Origin: Geosiphon pyriformis uo1
Lineage: Eukaryota; Fungi; Glomeromycota
Direction of reading: 5' to 3'
Assembly (NCBI GenBank): GCA_016748015.1
Contig: JAAOMT010000222.1
Span: 499,924 to 563,923 of the forward strand
Length of the DNA: 64,000 bases
The notes under the pieces are model-generated. The model was not told where the DNA came from. It ran no database searches and saw nothing but the letters and a program-made list of their open reading frames with translations. Numbering within the stretch: position 1 is the first letter of the stretch; each line of letters begins with the position of its first letter. Shown one piece after another: positions 1 to 7,860 of this stretch. The position numbers were made by a program, and so were the translations under genes.

Positions 1-264
1 TGGAGTGGAGACAACACTGGAACTAACCCAGGTGTGTCTTTTTGAGGGGATTTTGACTGGTAAAAAACCAGCCAAAGATGAGGAAGTTGTTTCAGTGGCT
101 ACCAAAAGCAGCTTATCACGATTACTGGGTAAGGAGAAGGCTTCTACAACGTTTTGCCTAGTTGCTTCTACAACAGAAAGAGCTCCTCTGGTTGAAATTT
201 TATTAGATATCTCAGAACAAATATTAGGTGCAGCTTTTTTACTCTTTGCTTTGGTTGTGGTCAT
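1..264 (-). CDS. 5' end of a non-LTR (LINE-like) retrotransposon ORF1, running off the window start
   Basis: ATG at 264 opens 88 stop-free codons (MTTTKAKSKKAAPNICSEISNKISTRGALSVVEATRQNVVEAFSLPSNRDKLLLVATE...KRHTWVSSSVVSTP). It is homologous to the decayed + strand copy starting at ~1313 (VFSLPNNHKKLSLVAIK...KKHIWISLNIVS), and both share the upstream motif TGTTTCTTTAATTTTAT. Confidence 0.7.
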   Translation of the reverse strand, partial: MTTTKAKSKKAAPNICSEISNKISTRGALSVVEATRQNVVEAFSLPSNRDKLLLVATETTSSSLAGFLPVKIPSKRHTWVSSSVVSTP

Positions 265-1312
265 AAAATTAAAGAAACAAAAAGTTTATATATATATTTT
301 TTTTAATATTAAGCTTGAATAAAATCTTTTAAATTTTTTTTAAATAAATTTAAGTATTTTTTTTATTATAGCTTTGAAAATTTTAGTTTTTAGTTTTTTA
401 AATTGTAAATTAGTTATTTTTTTTAATTGGTTTATTATTAATATTTTTATTATTAAATATAGTAATATTTTATTATATTTATAAAAAATTGTATATAGTC
501 AATATATTATTTTTAAATAAGCTATTAAGTTATTTTTTTCAATAAAATATTTTATTTGTTGTATTATTTTTTTGTCAAATATTTTTTTAAATTTGTTAAT
601 ATACAATATTTAAATATTTAGCTATTGTTTTAAGTAATAATAGTAATATACTTTTAAAAATTATTTTTTTTGACTTTTTTAATAATTTTTTATTAATTTT
701 TTAAATTGAATAATTGTTAATAAATTTTTGAAAGTTTTTTTACTTTTTAACAATTTTTTCTATATAATTATCTATTTGTATTCATAATTTATACATAAAT
801 TGTTTTTTTAAGTGTTTTTATAATAAATTTTTTGACTATTAAATGTTATTTTTATGTTAAAATTTTTGTTTTTTATTAATTAAAACAATTGTTAAGCAAT
901 TAAGTATATGTTATTTGTAATTTCTATTTTGTTGTTTGTTTTATAATATACTAATAATGTTTATTTATTTTTTTCAGTTTTGTAATATGTTAATTTTAAT
1001 AATAATGATTGGTTTTAAATCTTATAAAATCTTATCTAATTTAATTATTATTTTTTGTGTTTTTAATTATAATATACTGAATATTAATAAAGTTATATAA
1101 TATAAATTTAATTAATTATTATGTATTGTATTAATCAAAAATTTGTTTTTTAATCATAATTTGTATAATTTATTTCCAAATATTTTTTTAATATAAAATA
1201 TTTTGTTTTATTTTAAGTTAAATTTTCTATTCTATTGTTTTTTATTAATACAAATAAGTTGATTAGTATATTTGTTAATAACATAAAAAAAATTTATTGT
1301 TTCTTTAATTTT

Positions 1313-1838
1313 ATAATTATAACCAGAACAAATAGTAAAAAATCTATATTTGATAAAAGTTTTTTCTTTACCTAATAATCATAAAAAACTGTCTTTGGTA
1401 GCTATTAAAACATTTTTCTCATTTTTAACTGGTTTTCCATTAGTTAAAGTTTTTTCAAAAAAACACATTTGGATTAGTCTTAATATTGTCTCTATCTTTT
1501 CAAAAAGCCCAAAATTTTTTAATAACAGATTAGTTAACAATCTGGTTTTCTTTTTATAGTTTTTATATTAGATGCTGTTAACATTTCTTCTTCAAAAAAA
1601 ATGATTAAAAAGACCAAAAGTTCAAAAAAGTGAAAACAATTGTTTGCTTCTGCTGTTGTTATATTGAACTTTTTTGTAGTTTTTAATAAAATCTTAAATA
1701 AAATCTCTGTTGCATTATTTAGCATATCATCTAAGATGGGCCAAGTTAACTACTAATTGTATTATTAATTATGGTGTTTTTCAGCAGATTATTACTGGTT
1801 TTAGAAGCAAAGCAATCATTTTTTGTAAAGTTATCTGT
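1313..1838 (+). pseudogene. Decayed LINE-like ORF1, segment 1 (target of element A)
   Basis: Degenerate frame continues across element A: ...LEAKQSFFVKLSV | LKNWTD*IET, with CTGT duplicated at the junction. Confidence 0.65.
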
Positions 1839-2690
1839 TGTTACAGGATGGTTTTCTTGTTATATTTAATTGCTGATATCCTGCTTTAATTGCAATCAGT
1901 CTTTCGTGAGTTCCTCAATTCTATTTGTGTGATAATGTCACTGTTATACTGAAGGCTTTCTTTTTACTGTTGTGATGTAAGTTATTCTTTAATTTTTGAT
2001 TGTTGTGTGTGTTTATGTACTCCTTCTCAGAGGCTGAACTGAAATCTACCCACTGTCTGGGGTCTTCTCTGAGGCTATCCTTGCAATTGCCTGATGTGTT
2101 TCTCTAATCTAGAAACACAGAATGTTAATGGTCTTTAGCACTTTTCTTATCAATTAGTAACAACATGAATAATCTTGATTAAGGATTATTCTTCCAAGGG
2201 ATTCAGTTAATGAATGATAATTTTATTCAATAAATAATACAAGTAAGTTTCTTAATACTTTGGGTTGTGATAGTTCCGTTTTAAATATTCTTTTTCATTT
2301 CTTTTTGATTTTTAAAGGTTTTTTGGGATATTTAATTTGAAAGTATGATTTAAAGTGGAGTTTGTTGAATAAAATTGGATTTGTTGCTTGATAAGTTATG
2401 ATTTTTTTTTTATTACTTGATTGATTATTTTCCAATATTAAAACTACTGTATATATACATGTTTGTAGTTCTACGAGAAAATACTTTCTTTTTGATATTT
2501 CAACCTGGTGTTTGCTGCTATTACCAGTTGGTGTTGGCTGCTATTGTGAACTGGTGCTTGCCATTATCACGAGATGGTATTTGCTACTATGTTAATCATT
2601 ACCTTTCTAAGATTATTACTGTGCTATATTATGATTGAATAGTTTGTATTATTTTTATGATTCTTTTTGCTAAATTCTTAAACCATAACA
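1839..2690 (-). repeat. Element A 3' LTR (852 bp)
   Basis: Direct repeat of 10658-11363; TGTTA...TAACA termini. Confidence 0.96.
2506..2590. repeat. About four imperfect ~23-bp tandem repeats in element A U3
   Basis: TGGTGTTTGCTGCTAT / TGGTGTTGGCTGCTAT / TGGTGCTTGCCATTAT / TGGTATTTGCTACTAT; also present at ~11178-11262. Confidence 0.75.
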
Positions 2691-2705
2691 TTATCCTTTC
2701 CTTTC
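2691..2705 (-). other. Polypurine tract of element A
   Basis: GAAAGGAAAGGATAA on the - strand abutting the 3' LTR. Confidence 0.9.
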
Positions 2706-3372
2706 AAGATTGAGCTCCATCAAAATCGAAGTTAATTTCTTCATTAAATTCTAAGTTACTATAGTGGTTCAATACTGTGTTATTAATTTGTTATTGTAAT
2801 TCTTGAAATTGCGAGTTGGTAAGTCGTCCAATACTGTTGGTTGTTATTATGTTCATGATTGGCTCCAACAATAATTTGTGACAGTTTTCAAATGCTTTGA
2901 AAATTCTGTAAACTGTTTTTGAATAGAATGTAGTGTTGGTTTTTCCAATGAAAGGTTCTAATAGTTGGATAGTTGTTTTGTCAAACACTCTAGTTGAGTC
3001 TTTTGAATATAATGTTTGTATGTTTAAGTGCTTTCCTAGTTGATAATAACAGTAATTAATTGGAAATTTCGTTTTCAAGTTGCTAAATGTGTCTGGTGTT
3101 AATTCACTTATTTCTATTTCTTTCATTATTAATGTATTGCCCAATGCTATCTCTAATTTTTCAATAACTTTGCTAATAAATTTGTTGTTATATTTGGCAA
3201 TATTATATGGTTCAAAATTATGTTCTTTTCTTGTTTTTGGATTTTCTATTGTTCTTTTTATGTATGTTATTTTGGAGCTATTAACTGTGATTTCTAGATC
3301 AGATTTTAATTGTTGTAAGCTTTCAATTAATTGTTGAGTTATATTGTTGATGTTTTCTAGAATAAGTATCAT
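2704..3372 (-). pseudogene. Element A ORF3, ~222 aa protein of unknown function (one premature TAA at 2791-2793)
   Basis: ORF 2791-3372 continues in frame to ...NFDFDGAQS*; homologues sit at the same position in B, C, D and F. Confidence 0.85.
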
Positions 3373-3456
3373 TGTTTTAATTTTGACTGTTATTTTGGAA
3401 TCTTTTGCATGCGTTTTTATGGTTGTTAAATCATTTTTGCTGTGATCTAAGATTAA

Positions 3457-4837
3457 TTATCTTTTCGAATAATGTTCAATTAAAACTATTGGTTCTAAAT
3501 CTTGTGGAATTTGTTCTGGTAGAATTAAAGATAATTGTGTTCCAATTCTGGGTGTTTTTGTTGTTATTACTGGTTTACTGTAATAGAATTTCAGCCGGTT
3601 ACTATGTGCTGCTTTTCTTAATATTTTATCATCTAGTCTTAGCTTGTATGCTCTATTTCCAAGTATTTCGTGAATATAAAATAGTTCATCTCACTTGTGA
3701 TCAAATTTTCCACTCCACTGTTTTTCCATTTTTATACGATGCAACAATACTTTATCTCCAATTTTGTAGCTAATTATATTATCTGATAACTGGTTATTAT
3801 GTCTCACTTTTTGTTGTTCTTGTGATTGTTCAATATTTTGTGCTGCTTTTCTTCTTTTATTTTCTAAAGTTCCCATTAATTCATATGTTCTTCTAAGTAG
3901 TGTTTCCTGGAATGTTGCTTCCGTAATAGTGTCACTTGGATAAGTTGGGATAGTAAGTTCAACTGGTAATGTGGCTTTTTTTTTCATAAACTAGTTCAAA
4001 CGGTGTGAATTGTGTAGTATTTTGTTTTACTGTTCTATATGCTAGTAGTACTGCTAGTATGAACAAATCCTATTCTTTTTCATGTTCATTACTAATTTTC
4101 GCCAGTGATTCGCATAATGTGTGATTAAATTTTTCAACTAATCCATTTGTTTGAGGGTGGTATGGTGATGACAGTGGTCGCTTGATTCCAAATTTTTGGC
4201 TAAGTTCTTTTAAGGTGCTGTTTACGAAGTGTGTGCCTTGATCTGATAGCAATTCTTGTGAACATCCATGTTGGCAAATTAAGTCTTCATGTACGAATTG
4301 AGCTATGGAAATAGCATCAGCTGTTTTAATAGCTCTAGCTTCTAGTCATTTGGTGAGATAGTCCATGGCTACTGCAATATAATGGTTGTTTCTTGTTGTT
4401 ATTGGTAAGGGTCTAACTAAATCAATTCCGATTCTGTCAAATGGCTGTCCAACTTTTATTGGTCTTAATAATTCCATTGTTTTTGCTCCTTCTCTTCATT
4501 GGCATGGGTCACAATTTCTTATGTATTGGATTATGTCTGAACTCATTTTTGGCCAATAGTAACGGCTAGTTGCACATTGGATGATTGCTGTTTTTCCAAA
4601 GTGGTCTGAATGAACATCTGAGTGCATGTTAAATAAGATAGTTTCTTTTTCATCCATGGTTATAACTTTTAATGGATTATCTGGATTTTGTTGATTCCGG
4701 TAATAAAGTATGTGATTTTGAATGAAATAGTGTTTTGCTAATTTTTGGAGCTTAATTAACTCTTTTACTGGCATTTCTTCATCTATTTGTAGTGTTTCCA
4801 AGTATTGGCTGAGATTTTTGTAAAAGTGGTTGTTCAT
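3457..4837 (-). pseudogene. Element A integrase (stand-alone ORF2), with stops and one frameshift
   Basis: Own ATG (MNNHFYK); HHCC (HSDVHSDH...CDPC); DDE core (IGIDLV, LSDQG, NGLVE); C-terminal GPY/F-like module; frameshift in a T-run near 3980. Confidence 0.93.
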
Positions 4838-4866
4838 TGTTGTTATGGCGGGTGGGTTGGTGATTT

Positions 4867-6279
4867 TTATGTGTGTCTCATTCTTGACAAACAGTTGGCA
4901 TTAGCATTTTTGGTACCTTCTTTGTATTTAATAATATAATTGTATGGTGCTAACGTTTGTGACCATCTGGCATATTTTCCTTTTAGCACTTTCTTGTTAT
5001 TTAACCAGACCAGACCTCTATGATCTGTCGTAATCTCAAAAGGTTGGTACCATAAATATGTGTCAAAGTGAACACAACTCCAGACTACTGCTAAGCATTC
5101 AAGTTCATGTGCTGCATAGTTTTGTTCTGCCGTACTGAGACTTCTGCTGGCATAAGCGATTACACGTTCTCTTCCATTATCATCTTTTTGTGACAGAATA
5201 GCTCCAAGTCCAGTTTCAGAGGCATCTGTGGCCAAACTGAATTTCTTGTTGAAATTCAGATAGATTATTATTGGTAATTCAATGAGCTTTTGTCTAAGGT
5301 ACTCAAAAGCTTTTTGTTGTGCTTCAGTCCATTCAAACTTCACATTTTTAGATAGTAGGTAATTAAGGGGTTTGGTGATATTTGAAAAGTTTTCTACAAA
5401 GCGGCAGTAGTAAGATGTGAGTTCTAAAAAGCTTCTAACTTCTGAAACGTTTCAAGGTACTGGAAAATTTTTCACTTTGTCTATTTTTGATGAATCTGGT
5501 TTTATTCCATCTTTTCCAACTACGTGTCCTAAAAATGCTAGCTCATTTTTCCCAAAGAAACATTTTTCTAGATTTAGTTTAAGTCCAGCATGTCTCAATC
5601 TCTCAAAAACTTGTTGTAAATGTTGGAGATGATCTGTGAATTTTGACGAGAAAACATTTGTATCATCCAAGTAGACAACAACAGATTGCCACAGGATTCC
5701 GGAGTAAATTACGTCCATTAGTCTTTGGAATGTCACGGGAGTGTTTGTTAATCCAAATGACATTACATTGAACTCATAATTGCCATTTTGTATTGTGAAT
5801 GCTGTTTTATGCCTGTCTTTTGGGTCCATTTCCACTTGCCAGTACCCACTGGTCAAGTCCAGTGTAGAAAACCATTTTGCTCCTCCAAAAACGTCAAAGA
5901 TTTTGTCAATTAACAGTATTGGATATGAGTCTTTGGTTGTTTTGCTGTTTAGTTTGTGATAGTCGATGCAAAATCTAATTTTTCCATTCTTTTTCCTTAC
6001 TAAAACAACTGGTGAAGACCATGGGCTTATTGATGGTTGTATTATTCCTTTTTCCAACATGCTTTGGACTTCTTCTCTGATAAAATTATGCTCCATTGGT
6101 GGGACACGGTAAGTGTGTTGTTTTTCAGGTCTGGCGTCTCCAGTGGAGATTTGGTGTTGAACCAAGTTGGTTCTTCCAAATTCGCCATTTCTTGAAAATA
6201 TATCAGAGTATTTTAAAATTAATGCTTTTAATGGTCGCTGTTGGTCAGAATCCATTGTTCCAATGTTTAATTTGGCCAA
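4867..6279 (-). pseudogene. pol: Reverse transcriptase and RNase H of element A
   Basis: SPWSSPVVLVRKKNGKIRFCIDY, LDLTSGYWQ, VYLDD, LATDAS, TDH, NANANCLSRM*. Confidence 0.96.
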
Positions 6280-6702
6280 TTCTTCTGGCGTAAATTGATA
6301 GCATTCTAACGGTTGTTGTCAATTTATTGAAGTGAGTTCACAGTAGAGGGCGATTTCTGGGAAATTTAGAATTTTTTGTGGTGTTGACGCGTTTTCTAGC
6401 TCCATTCCAAGGTATCCAATAATAGTATCTTCTGGAATGTAGACGGGTTCTTCTGTGGTGTTTGTGATAGGAATTTTTATTCATTGAGCTTTATCAGCTG
6501 GAATAAAAAGGTTAGTAAGTCTTATGAGAAACTGTTGGCAAGTTTCTGAGTAGGGCTCAAATATTAGGTCTTTTTCTTTAATTGTCCTTTTTATTCTTAT
6601 TTCTGATTTTCCATATGGTAGAAGCGTGATGGACCGCTCATTTTTAATTACTTCACCTTTTTCCTCTATTGTTTCAGCGAAATTCGCTTCAATTCCTTTT
6701 TC

Positions 6703-7089
6703 TGTCAATCCGAAACCAAAAGTTCCTCTCATTGTTTGTAACAATTCCTCACGATTTTCCACTGGCACGAATTTCCCAATTTTTACCAATGGTAGGAAAA
6801 TTGCTTGTGCAATCTTTTCCTTAGATTCAATGGTATAAGGCTTTTTTGAATTGTTCTGTAGCAAAACCATCAAATTTCCAGTGTATCCGGAGTTAATTAC
6901 TCCTCCTTGAATGCTTATTCCTTTTTTCGCGAGGCTTGATCATGACGCCATTTGAACCATTATTCCTGGTGGAATTTCAACCGCTATTTTTAGGTCAATT
7001 TTGGTGATGCTCCTGGGTGGTAATGTTGTGGATTGGTCTTTCGGATAATGTAGATCGAATTCGGCGTCGGTTGGATGGACTCTTTCGGG
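6703..7089 (-). pseudogene. dut: dUTPase domain of element A
   Basis: All five trimeric dUTPase motifs are recognisable: A(E)FDL, (R>stop)SSLA, GVINSGYTG, IAQ, RGTFGFG. Confidence 0.92.
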
Positions 7090-7259
7090 TATTATTTCTA
7101 AGTGCCTGTTGTCAAAGTATCGGATGTCGGTCACCTGTTCTAGGTTGGTATAGGCTACAAATTTTTCTGACTCAGGACCATCAGGTAAGTCTTGTTGATT
7201 TATTGATTGATTTTAAGACTGCTAATTCTCAATTTCCATTTTTCTTTCTAAGTCCCTTT

Positions 7260-7860
7260 CATCTTGACACTCTTCACAGCACTGATTTTGGCACGGGATG
7301 AGACAGTTTTTGCAGAGGTAAGTGTTGATTTGGGCGAGGTATTGTTCTTGCTCTTGTCGAGTGGAGCATAGTTGTTGGTAGTAGTCCTGGAATTCGTCCA
7401 CTGGGTCGAACATGTTGTAGCTGGCGACTTCGTCAGCTACTTCGGCTGACTCTTTTCAACGTCATATTTCTTTGGCGGTTCCTCCTCTTACTTTGGCTTG
7501 TGCGGTGTTGTACAACTCGTCCTTGTCATGTGGGTAGTGCTGTAGTCTTTTTAATGCTCTGTTGAATGCTGCTTTGAACGGTGTTCCTCCTCTTACCCAG
7601 TCACAGATGAGGATCGTGTATTGGCAAGTTGCGTCACACATTCTTTCTCTGCCTGGTAAGTCGTTCCAGTCGCACCCTCTTGGTAATGGTTCTCCACAAG
7701 CGAGGCACAGTTCCTTGTCCCATTTTCCATGTCTTTCTGGATAACCATATTTTTCTTTGTTACAACGGTTATAATAGTAGTGGGTGGGGTTTCTTAGGTC
7801 TTCGTCTGGTGCGCTGCACGCAGTTATAGATGAGAGTTTTTTCTTGCAAACCAAGCATTT
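7260..7860 (-). other. Cys-rich putative Zn-binding insert between PR and dUTPase (element A)
   Basis: Several CxxC pairs: CLVCKKKL, CLACGE, CDATC, CKNCLIPCQNQCCEEC; the pattern is conserved in B, C, D, E and F. Confidence 0.7.

Noticed and set aside
5-322. 105-aa + strand ORF in the track
   Set aside because: It is the antisense shadow of the - strand LINE-like ORF1 start (264 to 1), which has a clear paralogue at 1313.
1844-1884. Apparent compensatory change in the A U5 hairpin (CGGGAT/ATCCCG vs CAGGAT/ATCCTG)
   Set aside because: Both changes are CpG transitions within one element's LTR pair and are explained by hypermutation.
2704-3372. ORF3 as an envelope gene
   Set aside because: It is too short and has no signal peptide, TM helix or cleavage motif.
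3457-3600. Chromodomain at the IN C-terminus
   Set aside because: There is only a short tail (IPQDLEPI) after the GPY/F-like module, with no aromatic-cage motif.
3405-3773. Hydrophobic, membrane-like ORFs antisense to the elements (also 3080-3337, 12352-12639, 20544-21047, 21801-22358, 40737-40991)
   Set aside because: The T-rich reverse strand of A-rich sequence yields F/L/V/I-rich frames, and these ORFs are not conserved between copies.
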